64,000 nt of DNA from Stylophora pistillata. Its lineage: Eukaryota. The stretch is from NCBI RefSeq assembly GCF_002571385.2, contig NW_019217855.1, positions 179,948 to 243,947 of the forward strand, written 5' to 3'. A program made the position numbers and the translations under genes. Shown here one piece after another: positions 13,201-24,700 of this stretch; position 1 is the first letter of the stretch, and each line of letters starts with the position of its first letter. The notes below the pieces were generated by a model, which did no database searches, was not told the origin of the DNA, and saw only the letters and a list, made by a program, of their open reading frames with translations.

Positions 13201-15709
13201 GTCATGTAATAACACCACTTACGCTTTTTAGTTGTATTGGTGGTTTTGTTTTCAATGGGAGGAATATAAAATGTGAACGTGGTCTTCGGTGCAAGCTTTG
13301 TGGAGTAGTCAGACACTCGTGTTAAGGTTTACAACACACTTGAACAATCAGAGCGACTGTGTCATCCTTTTTCTCAATTGATACGGTTAGGAGATTTTTC
13401 AGTGAATATGTGGTCCCAGAGAGTTTGAGTTTCGAATAACGAAAACCAAAATAGTTACAACAGCCAATGGGAGTGACGCTCGACTTCATCGTTAGCCAAT
13501 GAGAACGACGCTCGACTTCTTCGTTAGCCAATGAGAACGTAAAGTAAAAGCAGGTTAACTGCATGAAACGCGAGAAAACGTGGGTGAATTTGATAGGTCG
13601 AGGAGGGGGTGTGAGTTTTGTGGACTAATCACTGAGCCAAGTTATGCAAAACCAAATCAGTTTTGGAGTACTTTTGGTACAAAACTGTGCCACTTCTCTG
13701 TCGCTGACAGAAGTAGACCATACTCATCAAGTAGACCATACTCATCAACAACGTGTCGAATCTATGACGCTCTGGTTAATAATTGCTTCAAATGCTCTGC
13801 CATTAGGCTGCAACAGACTTGAGGTAGTTTGGGTGATATACGTGTTTTCAAAGTGGGAAAAGAGCTCTCTTGCACTTGATGTGTCATTGCAAGGTGTTAG
13901 GGAAGCGTGGTATGTAGGCATTGTCCGTTCACGTTTGTTACAATTTTATATAATGATGTTTTGTCATTTCTATCTTCTCTGTAGGTAGATAATGGTTACT
14001 ATATCTGGTCATTCCAAGGCAAGCTTCTTCAACGTCACGCATTAGATCAGTTTTGTCAACTTCAGTGGAGGCCCAGGCCCCCTAGTCTCCTCTCAGAGGA
14101 CGATATGAAGGTAGGAAGGCCGGGGGGCCATTCTCCGTATCATGTTTTTTGTACCGAAAACTGTTACCTTCATGTAAAAGTAAACTTCGTATAGGATCGA
14201 TTTTCTGAATGAGCCAAAACAAAGATAAAATCTCTGTTCCTTGTCGATGGTCTCCTGTTTTTTTTTTCTTGGTACTTTTATTGGTCGATAGTTCCAAAAC
14301 TGATGTGCTGAAGATTTTCTTTGGAAATTACCAAGTTGAATTTTTCGTTTACCCCATTAATTATTTTCTCTTTCAGAATATCAAGAAAGACATTAAGAAG
14401 TTCCAGCGCATGTTCGAGATCAAGGATCGGATGAGTCAATCACGAGCTTCTAAGGTGAGGAACAGCTTCTGTGAAGGGTGACGGAGTTGTATTTTTTTCA
14501 TACATACAATAACATACATACAATAACATACATACATACTTCATCCACTGTGTTTTTTCCTGAAATTTAGCGCATTTCAAGCCGTCAATTTTGTTTCAGG
14601 TTTCTGCTTCCTGAACGAACGTGTGTCGAAACTAGACACTTACGAACAACTATGTGCATTAAATACGAAAGAAAACTAAAAATAGAATAAAGTAACATTG
14701 ATTTTTTGCTCAATCTTCCCACGGAATTTGGATTTACCAAACAATTTACTAAAATAGCACAAAAGCGTTCGATACAGTAATTATTAAAAACTATTTTATC
14801 ATTAGCCATTTCAATAACTGCAAACCACTATTACTCAGGTTATCATAGTAAAAAAAATTCTAGTGGCAGGAACCTCCATCTTGGCATCGCTGCGTGACAT
14901 TTTAATGTCGGTTGCAAACGGTGTATGTCTGGAGGAAGAGTAGAACGCGAGGTTCGTCTTCGGGGCTAGGGGTGCGTGATTCTTAAGCCCATCCTTAATT
15001 CCACGCGACAGGTTTTAAGATTTTTTTTCTCCAAGCGGTTTTCAGGCTTAACTTTAGCGGTTTAAGATCGTTTCCTCTGATTTTTTTTTTTTTTTCACTT
15101 TGAACTCTGAGGGAAAAAAGGGAGCTCTTAACTTTAGTGCTTCTTCTAAACTCATCGCATCATCTTTGGCATGTTTTCCTCCAGGAGTTGATTGAAAGGC
15201 GGCGGCGAAAGATGAAAGACTTTCAGGGCTACAGGCAAAAGAAAAACAACGAGTTTGCGCAGCAGAAGGCGCAGCGGTTAGACTTGCGAAACGGTGAGTA
15301 ATAAATAAGGATCTTAAGACTGGCAAACCACGCGGAATTCATTGACCTTTTCCTGGGTACAGCCCTTCCTGCTTAATAGCGGTGTGTTACTGGAAACTAC
15401 GAGGGCTTCTCACCCAGGAAGCTCGGCGAATTCCTTGCCTGAGGCGATTGATTATTATTCTACAATAATTAGAATTGACACGGTTGAAACGATATGCCCA
15501 TGACAGACTCCACAAATGTAGGCTAAAGTTTTCTTGGTTCTCGAATCGCTTTGTTGTTGCTCTAACTGCCATCAGACCACTAACGCAGATTTATTTTTCT
15601 TTTCATTGTAGGTATTGATACGGACGAGATTGATAGTAACGCAGAAGAGTTTGAAGACGAATCAGTGGAGTTCTTTATCAAAGAGGAGATTATCGAAGTG
15701 GAAGAATAG
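1208..15709 (+). CDS. EIF3B: Eukaryotic translation initiation factor 3 subunit B (acidic N-terminus, RRM, WD40 beta-propeller, C-terminal helix); 20 coding exons
   Basis: Exons 1208-1370, 2632-2827, 3714-3833, 3943-4000, 4825-4953, 5472-5629, 7421-7469, 7774-7856, 7951-8017, 8654-8700, 8810-8948, 9607-9678, 10269-10341, 10688-10810, 11480-11558, 12346-12484, 13985-14110, 14377-14454, 15185-15293, 15612-15709. All are GT-AG and in frame. Typical eIF3b peptides: [97 protein letters not shown]. An alternative in-frame ATG lies at 1196. Confidence 0.96.
2938..3566. mobile_element. Non-autonomous TIR element (hAT-like CAGG termini) inserted into the TTAA-MITE in eIF3b intron 2
   Basis: TIRs CAGGGCATCTGACAGGATGCGG / CCGCACCCTATCAGATGGCCTG. 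TTAATA flanks both sides, and the host MITE sequence resumes after the element. Confidence 0.7.
4217..4295 (+). ncRNA. SNORD38: Box C/D snoRNA, SNORD38 (U38)/snR61-like, copy 1 (eIF3b intron 4)
   Basis: C box ATGATGA 4221-4227; guide GCCAGTTCTGCT 4240-4251, antisense to conserved LSU rRNA AGCAGAACTGGC; D' CTGA 4253-4256; C' GTGCTGA 4263-4269; D CTGA 4289-4292; short GCA/TGC terminal stem. A near-identical copy lies at 9441. Confidence 0.85.
5681..6993. mobile_element. Tc1/mariner-superfamily (CCGTA-ended) non-autonomous element spanning the assembly gap
   Basis: Perfect TIR CCGTAGTTATTCGACTATAAGCCGA at 5681 and its reverse complement ending at 6993; TA duplicated on both sides; subterminal TCGGCTTATAG repeats. 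Confidence 0.85.
5752..6563. other. Assembly gap (N run)
   Basis: Run of Ns. Confidence 1.
9441..9519 (+). ncRNA. SNORD38: Box C/D snoRNA, SNORD38 (U38)/snR61-like, copy 2 (eIF3b intron 11)
   Basis: C box GTGATGA 9445-9451; guide GCCAGTTCTGCT 9464-9475; D' CTGA 9477-9480; C' GTGCTGA 9487-9493; D CTGA 9513-9516. It ends ~90 nt upstream of the 3' splice site (9606), a typical position for an intronic snoRNA. Confidence 0.87.
11359..11376 (+). pseudogene. Truncated relic of the same snoRNA (5' end only, mutated C box) in eIF3b intron 14
   Basis: GCAAGCGATGAAGTTCTC matches 17/18 nt of the 5' end of copy 2 (GCAAGTGATGAAGTTCTC). No guide or D box follows. Confidence 0.5.
11747..11970. mobile_element. 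Inverted (head-to-head) dimer of the hammerhead-bearing short element, decayed
   Basis: Left arm 11787-11883 is the reverse complement of the right arm 11884-11965. The minus strand reads CTCTGACAAAGGGCTCATGCTTGAAACATCAGC; the plus strand reads TGACGAAGGGCTAACGCTCAGC (GAAAC deleted). Confidence 0.6.
12910..13215. mobile_element. Palindromic MITE-like repeat
   Basis: TCTTATTAACCAAG ... CTTGGTTAATAAGA inverted pair with internal GTACTGGGAGAATATCGGC / GCCGATATTCTTCCAGTAC. A diverged relative lies at ~25060-25225. Confidence 0.6.
13420..13690. repeat. Dispersed CCAAT-rich repeat family
   Basis: Shared motifs (agccaatgagaac, gcgggaaaacgc, gattggt, ccaatcac). Relatives at ~9090-9245, 16390-16610, 20905-21170, 33340-33570, 34770-35005, 49040-49250, 53890-54100. 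Confidence 0.65.
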
Positions 15710-16960
15710 CCCCATAGCCGAGTTGTCCTTTATTTTTCCCACGAGCGAGAGCAGCGAGCGATATTTTTTCTTCTCTTCACAAGTGAAAAAGATAACCCAG
15801 GAGTTCAAATTGATCCGGATTATTTCAGGAAAGGCCGCAGCAGGTAAAGCTGGTGCCTTGTTTAGTTAATTCAAACAGGAAGCTTTCATTGTATCAGCAG
15901 AAAATTTTGATTATTATCCTTATTACCTTCGTAGTGTGTAGTGTGCTTTACTCTTATTACTGTCTTGAACTGTCCGCTGATTGGCCAGTTAGACTTTGAT
16001 TTACCGGTAAATTGTAGCTTTTATCTGTAGCTGTAGAAATGTCCACTAAATGTTGTACTTTCTGGCCGAAACGCGAGTTTCTTTTGCAGATTTTACATTG
16101 CGTCGTGGAACATGCAATTTTCAACGTGAATCGTAATTTTACCTTTGCTTTTAGGAAATTAAAATGGAATATTATGCGTTCAATTTTCGTTTTACTCTGT
16201 GTTTCTTTCCATTTCCGTCAACTCTGAAGAGGTGAGAGGCAATTCTCACACCCCTCCTATGCAGACAACGAAATATTATGGGAAAATAGAACCAAAAAAC
16301 AAGAAAACAAAAGAAACGTATTGTGGAAAGGAAAGAAAACTCTCCGTTCCGTTGAGGCTTTTGAGTGTTTAAATGTGGTTAATGGTTTTGAGCATTTTTA
16401 GTAGAGTGTTTGAATTAATCTGCGATTGCAGTAGTTTTGCTTTACTGTAATTGGTGTCGTAACTCGCCCCCATCCACGCAACCAATCAAAGGTCACAGTC
16501 ATTTTCCCGCGCTTCACGAAGTTCAAGATAATTCTCATTGGCTCCTTGTGGCCTATTTTTGATTGGCTGTTGTGATCATTTTGGTTTTGTTCAGTTGCTG
16601 CAAACGCGTTCTATCAATCGGGCACTCGGTCAATTGTTACTATTAGTCGGTTAGGAGTCGAAAAAGTCTGTATCCACTGAAACGGTTGATGATGAAAGTT
16701 AACTAGCTTACAGATGTAGTTTCCAAACCTGAGAGTAACAGTTACTGAATGACATACTTGTAGGTGAAAAAAGTTTCAGATTAAATTGCATTTACGCGTT
16801 TCTTTGTGGGGTACTCTCCACTATTGTGGTTAAACAAGAAACTGAAACTTACCTTTGAAGTTTATCATCTCTTCCTTTAGAGATTCCGTAACTCACTGAT
16901 ACGATTGACAGAACTTCTCTTCGCGAAAACAGATGTGGACAGAGTAATCAGTTTGTGAAG

Positions 16961-17100
16961 CTGACGTCTTTCTTTCTGTGACGTAACAGTGGAGTACAGG
17001 CAAACGTGTGCACGTCATTAGCCAATAAGATTTGCGCTGTCACATGCGCGCGCATGGTTTTATTCGCTGGAGCGCTTTTCCGCGCGTGCCGCTGGGTGAA
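16961..17100. promoter_or_regulatory. Putative CpG-rich promoter
   Basis: Cluster of CRE half-sites (TGACGT at 16962 and 16979, ACGTCA at 17012), a CCAAT box at 17022, and an NRF1-like palindrome CATGCGCGCGCATG at 17043-17056, in an otherwise CpG-poor region. Confidence 0.55.
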
Positions 17101-18296
17101 TGAAAGCTCGCTCGTGAGCTACTACAGTTGTCAACATACACTTTGTGAATAGCGAGAGAAAAGAATTTTGTGCTCGATCGAGAAACATCCGAAGTTGATA
17201 ATTTCATTAACGAATTAATTTCATGAGAATAAAGGAAATGATCACCAACTAAAGATTTGCTTCATAATTAAACATTTGTCAGCACTTTGGGAAGCGTATA
17301 GTGAACAGTATGGAGAATATACATACTGATCTTTTGTTGTAAAGGTTAATTATTGTTACCTGCCTGCAGTTTTGGCAAGGTATTCCAATCGTAAGGAGTA
17401 TTTCCTTATCGATCAATACCTGGAAGAGAAAGGGTGTTATCAAACTGGCCCGTTATATTTAGAATCTCAGCGAGAAAACACCAAAGAAGCAACAACAAGA
17501 AACACATATGTCCTCCCTGTTTTGCAATCATCCGCTAACTGTCTTATCAAACAGGCTCGTCAATTTTAGAATTCGTTTCATCAACTGAATACAGTTTATT
17601 TCTCCAAGCCTTTTCATTAGAATGCCGACCGCACAACTTCATGTCTTTTTGCAGCTTCCTGTATTTGTTTTCTTCTCTTTTCCTTTTTTTTTTTAAATAA
17701 AATTAACCGAAAAGAAAACTTGACCATCACACACATTATTCGCTCTCGTGAAGGGCTAATAGGCAATTTACATTATCAACTTAGTTGATAAAACCAGATT
17801 CTCCCACCGAGGCACACCACAGTTTCTTCAGAATCTTATTTATCAAAAATACCGCCGATCTGACAAAGAAATGCAAATTTCAACACCTATTCAATTTTTC
17901 TGATATATCTCTACAGAGATCTGAGTGGATACTTATTGACGGGAACTGTATTAATCGATAGGTGAGCTCTATCTAATTTTCTTTTGTTTACAATTTTAGA
18001 CTGATGTGGTCGCAGGTGCAATAGAGAAATAACACTAGTGAGGCTTGACGTACAGATAAATAATTCAGCTATAGCATCAATATCACTGTTGCCATGAATA
18101 CCATTCGCAAAGAAAAGTTTAATTTCAGGCCTAGATGGACGGCTATGTTTAATTTTCTAAGTTTTCCACAAACTTTTCGATGTTGTAGTGCAGTTGCGAA
18201 CAAAAACATAATCTCAGCGAGGATTTCACTTAAGAACATTATCAGCTTTGTTGGAAAATCTTAAAAGAAGTTCACGATTGCGGAGTTCTCACAGAA

Positions 18297-18602
18297 ATGA
18301 CAGCAAAGTCGAGAGACGCGGAGGAGTATGTTCGAAAAGTCAACAGACTTTATGATACCTATTTAGAAAGAGAATTACGACATCTTGAAGATGAAAGACG
18401 ATTTTACCTTAAGACTTTCCGAGTGGAGTTCAAAGAAGTTAAGGAAAAGCACGATGTAATTACCAGCAAAGCCAAAGAATTAAGAAGATTGCGAGGTTTG
18501 AAAATGTCTGTTGAACGTACTAAGGAAAGGACAAACTCTTTCTTCGTCACACAGTCCGCTGGAGGTGATCCTGAAAGCCGGAGTACAGAGTTAAATAATT
18601 GA
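18297..18602 (+). CDS. Uncharacterized 101-aa coiled-coil protein (single coding exon)
   Basis: Real ATG in an AAATGA context. Charged helical sequence with a C-terminal FFVTQ motif. Candidate non-coding exon at 17917-17961 (AG/GT) and acceptor at 18128. Confidence 0.6.
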   Translation: MTAKSRDAEEYVRKVNRLYDTYLERELRHLEDERRFYLKTFRVEFKEVKEKHDVITSKAKELRRLRGLKMSVERTKERTNSFFVTQSAGGDPESRSTELNN

Positions 18603-19727
18603 ATCATAAACGAGAACTATCGGGATTATTGCTTTGAAAGGTTTTGTTTCCAATTTCCAATAGTTCTAAAAACTCTAAAGTCACGAACGATTGCATCTAA
18701 GTTAGTTATTAGCGATGGCTTGTAGCTAGAAGAAACTATTTCTAAAGTTACCTACACGGTATCTTAATGAGTGTTATGCCGATAAAACGTATCAAACCGC
18801 TCCGCCGTTTGACATTCCTATAAATCGGTAAACTCCAACGAAGTGTGTGTCACAATTCTGAGAGTGGCAAGATGTAATCCGTCTCGTAGTCAAGAGTAAA
18901 AAAACGAGGAGCTAATTGATACATAACTTATGACAGTAATGTTCTTATAAGGTATTAATTTGATAACATGAGAAACACAATGTTCTTAGAGAACCGTATT
19001 AGCTTGCTCGTAATGAAGCTAGGATGACAGTTTGAATAGCGAAGTTCAACTGCAGAAAAATATAGTCTACATAAGCCAATTATAAAAAGTTTTTGAGGAG
19101 GATTAAAAACATTTTAATGCAACGTTCTCTTGGTCTGCCAAGGAAGTGGTTGACAGGTACTTACGAAGCACATAACTGGCTGACTGAAGAAACCTATTGA
19201 CTTTTTGTACCTTGTTCCCTCACCATCCCAAAATGCTCTGGAATTGCATGTGGATTATCAATTCTCAATAGTGAATAACTTTGGCTGAGTTTTGCAAGTT
19301 CCTCCTGAACTGCATTCCATTCAAATCTTCTTCCTCTTTACCCACCCCCCCCAGTTTTTTCTTAGACAACTGCTGCCGTTCTTGTATTCTTTCTATTTTT
19401 GCCATTCCCATCGCATTCCCTATCTAACGTTCTTACAAGACACAAGGGGAGATTCAACCATATTGTGATGTAACTCCTTAACCTACAACTATTTTTTACA
19501 GAATTTCTTTTGATGGACTGCTGGATTCTCCTTATGAATTTTCTGTTTTTCCCTTGTGAAACAAAGGGAGAAGTAAATGAGGCATCAAAAGTCACTTGGT
19601 ACTTCTGCACCCACTCAACTGACTTTTTAAAACATCTTGCCTTTTCTCTCCTATTTACATCTAAAATGCAGCACATAGATTCATTCAAGACTGAAGTTCA
19701 CAGGCACCATCAGTTCAGTGTGGAAGA

Positions 19728-21493
19728 TCAATTCATGTCTGATACTTGATGTGTCCCTTGATGTTGAATCTCTACCAACTGATCTTTAATAGCTTTTGTT
19801 CTGCAGCGTAACAACTCAAAATCCTGGAAAAAGAGAAACAGTACCTCATACATTACCCAAGACCCTTCATGTCAGTTAGACGGCTGACAAAAATTAATCG
19901 TAATACAGAAAGAAGATAACACTTAGCACGGCCTGATGGCTCCAATGAGTCAAAGAAAACTAATTTGAATGTTTTAGGTAAAAACAAGGGAAGTTTTCAA
20001 TTACAAAATACATTTGGTCATCTAAGGGCATTGTGGGTTACAAGGTTGAAGTAAAGTTTGAACCTTTTAGTAACTAAACTTTGATTCAAAACTGAAAAGG
20101 TTGATACAATCTCTGAACAAGGCTTGTAATCTGTTGACAACAAGATTCCTATCCCACACATTTATGTTACCATTAGAAAGATAAGTTACTACCTTTTCAG
20201 CTCCATAAGTAGATCCTTCATGTGGTTGGCCAGTGGCAACTTGAGTGAGGTAACCAATCTGTTCAGTTAAGCCTTTTTCCACTCCCTTATTATAAAAATA
20301 CCACAAAAATTCATTTACTCAAGCAAATTAGTTGAAATAGATTTCTTAAAAAGCTACTTTAAAACCATTACTGTGACCACATCACAGACCACATCACATT
20401 ACTGTGATGTGGTCTGGCCTGTTTACTGGGAATTGGGGGGAGGGGGCATCTGTAAATAATTCACCTTTGTTGATTGTAAACTGCCACTGGCAGTCTGGTA
20501 AAGTCCCCCACACAGTATTGTAAAGTGCATTTGATCATATCCAAACGTTAATTTGTGCTATATAAATGGTAATTAATTAATTAATTAATTAATTAATGAT
20601 GTACAACAGAGGGGCAGGTTTCTTTGAAGCCCTCTAGCCTTAAAAAACTTTGCAATGACTTCAATCAACTTCAAGGTATTTGCAAATGTGTAGACACACT
20701 AGCAAGCATCTGTTAAATCTCCCCACCCCTCTCCTACCATGTAGAAATTCTACACCTCCATTGCAACCATATAGATAAAACTCAACACCCATTCCCCCTT
20801 CCATAGGTATCTCAAAAAGTCAAATACCCATTGATTTTTTGATCAAAGATATCAAGACAACATGATACCTAAAAACAATGCTGTCCATTGTACCAATAGA
20901 GTACTTTTCAAATGAGTGTCGGAAATCAGAGACAAAGTAGTAACAAGGACCATTAGAAACAAAGGTTATTAACATCCTCATAAGCCAATGAGAACTCAAG
21001 TGAATTAAAAACAGGCAACCCTCTCGAAACGCGGGAAAACGCGAGTGAAAAACTTGTGATTGGCTTCAGTTTGCATCTGATAGGTTGAGGAGGTGGCACG
21101 AGTTTTCTGAGCCAATCACAGGGCGAAGTAAAGCAAAACCAAAGCGACCCAGGATCACTTTCGATACTAACATGTAAATAAGTACAATTATTGTAATAGG
21201 TTCTAGGATTGCAAGTTTTACCTCTAAAGACTTTAGGAACTTCGTAGCCGTTGAGTTTATACGATCTTCTGAAGGTGCGTCTTTTGAAAGTTCTTCTAAG
21301 GTTTCTCCTGCACTCCTTATTACTTTCACAACATCCTATTGATAAAGTGAAAACTATTTCAGTAAGGTTCAGATGTATGAAGTCAATCATGCGGTTTGAA
21401 TGAGGGCGCGAAATTTTTATTTCTATACTGTAAATCAGTACAAACCTTTTCGATCTCCTCTAACTGCTTTAGACGATCTCCTGATTGGGACAT
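19728..21493 (-). CDS. MED11: Mediator of RNA polymerase II transcription subunit 11 (116 aa)
   Basis: Exons 21446-21493, 21222-21335, 20193-20285, 19728-19823, all phase 0. Protein [35 protein letters not shown]...[31 protein letters not shown] contains the MED11 signature [14 protein letters not shown]. Confidence 0.95.
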
Positions 21494-21754
21494 AATTAGG
21501 CCTGAGGATCGCGATTCACAAAGTTATTCAAGCCGAAATCATTTCAGAAACGAAGAGAACAAACCTTTAACCTTTAAGAGTACGTTGTATAAGAACATGC
21601 CAATTCTCAGCTGGCCAATCGCGGTTTCATCACGTGACGTGGACGGTCGAAAATCAAACATGTCTCCCATCCTTTCTGAATAACACCTTACAAGGGGTGG
21701 TGTGTCCTGTCTTTTTGTTGACGTTTTACTTTCAACAGCAAGCTGGACGGTGAA
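21494..21754. promoter_or_regulatory. Bidirectional promoter shared by MED11 and CLEC16A
   Basis: Divergent ATGs 261 bp apart; CCAAT box at 21615; E-box/CLEAR-like TCACGTGAC at 21630-21638 overlapping TGACGT. Confidence 0.7.
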
Positions 21755-24700
21755 ATGTTTCAGCGTCAGAAGAACTGGATTTCTGATGTGCTATGGAAAC
21801 CCAAAAAAGCACATTCTTTGGAGCAGTTAAGGTACTCAAAGGTTTAATAGATCTGAGCAAGATGTTGTGAAACGTAAGGAAGTACACGTACTGTCTTGAA
21901 GTGTTTGCAAACAGTTTAAGTAGACACACGACCAATTTATTGTTTTTATTATTGATCATTTACAGTAAGAGTTTATTTCCTTAGGCAAGACTGTGAATAA
22001 TTACACAATCGTCTCTATGTTTATTATTAAATTGTAAATAATCGCTGACTCTCTCTCAGCTTCTTATACCAAAATGCTGTGTTGTTTTATAGATATCTCC
22101 ATTACGTTCTTACCAAGAATTCTACCGTAAATGAGACGAATAGAGGATTACTTGTGGAGACTTTGCGCTCAATCGCGGAGATCTTAATTTGGGGAGACCA
22201 AAATGACAGCAGAGTGTTTGAGTAAGTTCTTCTGAGCTTCATACATTTGATTTGATGATAATACTAACAGTTAAATGCTTTTGAGTTATTTTTATGAAGA
22301 TATTTGATCCAGTTGAAATACGTATGTTGCAAAGCTGAATACACAATATCTTGGATGCTTTGGTTGGGAACAACATGATCTATTTCAGAACAAACATGCA
22401 TGCATTATATGTATCTAACCATGCAGAACCTTTTGTTTTTTTTTTTTTATGTGGTTTGAATATTTGAAGCAAATGTGATTGTTGCTTTCTTTGAGTTAGC
22501 ATCTTTATGGTAATATTGAATCTGAAGGAGAAATTCTAAAAAAGCAAAGGTTATAAAAAATTTGATCTTTGGACTGGAATTAATCACAAGATAACTATTT
22601 TTGATGATAAAACTACTGCAAGTGTAAATTGTGACTGGGTTACAAATTTATCTCATGATATACTGTAGTAGTGGCTCTGAATTATTAACAAAAAGTAATA
22701 GATGTTTGAATATTATTGAAAAGCTTTTGTAAAATGTTTGCTAGGATACATTTGTAGAAGCTGCAATGTGATGTTATTTTTTCACTTATGGTTTTCTGTA
22801 AATGTCTGTAAAAAGTAGTGAGTGTCAGCTACTTTGCCCTGTGCACATGTCATTCTTGTATGAACTTCTTATCTGTTCATGAATATGCAGTTCATTTTTT
22901 GTGTTGATATCTGCCAGTTATCAATGATGTCTTACTACCACAAAATTTTTTAATTTCTATTTTTTAAGACATCAGATTTAAGTTTCAAGATTAAATGTTG
23001 AGTTCTAAATTTTGTTTGTAAATTGTTTGATATGATAGTTATATATCAGATACAATGAATATATGAAGTTCATATATTTTGAGCTGCGGTTATAGATACG
23101 TATGATGCATGATCCCCGCAGTAGAGAGCGCTATTTATGTAATAGAGCGCTGCACTAGTATCGCAGAGGTCAGTGGTTCGAATCCCGTACAACCTGATTT
23201 TTTTCAGGTCTGATTTTTTCAGCCTGATTTTTTTCAGGTCTGATTTTCGCTATTGCATAAATAGCGCTCTCTACTGCGAGGATCGTGCATCATATGTATA
23301 GTTATATATGATAAGTATATATTATCATTTGAACAAGTTACTATTTTTGTGGTAATAACATTACTGGAAGGTTTGTCTGAGTGAAAGTAATAACTTAGAG
23401 ACAATTTTTATATATATGTACCTGGGAATACAAATGTGGAGTTTTAGAATATTGTGTGTAAATTGTACTGTTTGATAGATATACATAACCCACGGGGTTA
23501 CTATTTTATCAGTAAAATTCCTGCAACCATTGTGTCATAAATATTAATAATGTACACACAAGGTTCGTCCATTTGAAAATAAAAGACAATTTTGCTCTTA
23601 TATTGTGATATTCCACAACACTCCCAAAACATCAAAAAATGAATTTCTCTGTAAAGTGTAGGAGACAAATAATTTGAAAATTTAATTTGACCTGTAAATA
23701 GAAATCCAACAATCAAATGAAATTCGTCAGGGGAGAGCTATGTATTAATAAGCAGTTGTAGAAAAGAAGCCCAAAAGGATTCAGGCTTCTTTTCAGGATT
23801 CCAACCTGTGCCTTCAAGATAATAGTTATTTATTTTATTAGCTTTGCCAACAATACATATAACCTATAACACAGCCAGATAAAATAAGATAGCAATAACA
23901 ATAACAGGCAGGCAACCACAACAGCGATAGCCAATTACTGTGGTCCCAAAAGTATTAAAATGGTAAAACGATCACATTAATAATTAATAATTAAGAGCAA
24001 CATAGAGTTAGTGTTGTTTTCAGGCTGCGACATGAATTGCATTTTGTACAAACAGTTTTATAAGTCCTGGGATTGTCAATGTTATAGATCTCTCGAAGTG
24101 CGGTCAAATGATAACACATCAAAACACGTTTAAAGTCACTCACATTGTTCATACTTAAGTTAAGCTCGTCAGACAATGTGTTCCAGATTCTTTTTGTTTG
24201 TACAGTAAATGACCGTTGAAAGGTTGAGGTCTTGCATTTAGGTACAAAGTACTTAGTAACAGTTGTATTGGCCGATGATCGTGTTTGTCTGGTAGAACGG
24301 GGAGTAGGAACAATTGTGGGGTCTATATCCACCAAACCATGGGTAATCTTAAAAAACAGTAACATATCTAAGTATTGAGATACAATGAATATATGAAGTT
24401 CATATATTTTGAACTGCGATATTAGATACGTATGATAGCATAAATAGCGCTATCTACTGCGAGGATCATGCATTATACATATCTAAGTATTCATACCAGT
24501 AGCTACTAGGTAGTAAGGAAAGAGTTTTTGGTCATTCTTCATAATTCTGAGAGCACAAGAATGGCAATTTCAAGATGTATTTTGTAGCCCTTCTCTGTAT
24601 CTCCTCTAGATTTGAGATAAGATAAAATAGATTGTGGTGCCCAAACTTGTGTAGCATAGTCCAGATGAGGTCTAACAATAGCTAGATAGATTGATCTTCT

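Noticed and set aside
19362-19688. 108-aa minus-strand ORF downstream of the MED11 stop
   Set aside because: No recognisable motif. Probably a chance ORF in the 3' UTR.
23146-23192. tRNA gene
   Set aside because: It has a B-box and an anticodon-like arm but no A-box/D-arm or acceptor stem, and lies inside a TSD-bounded repeat.
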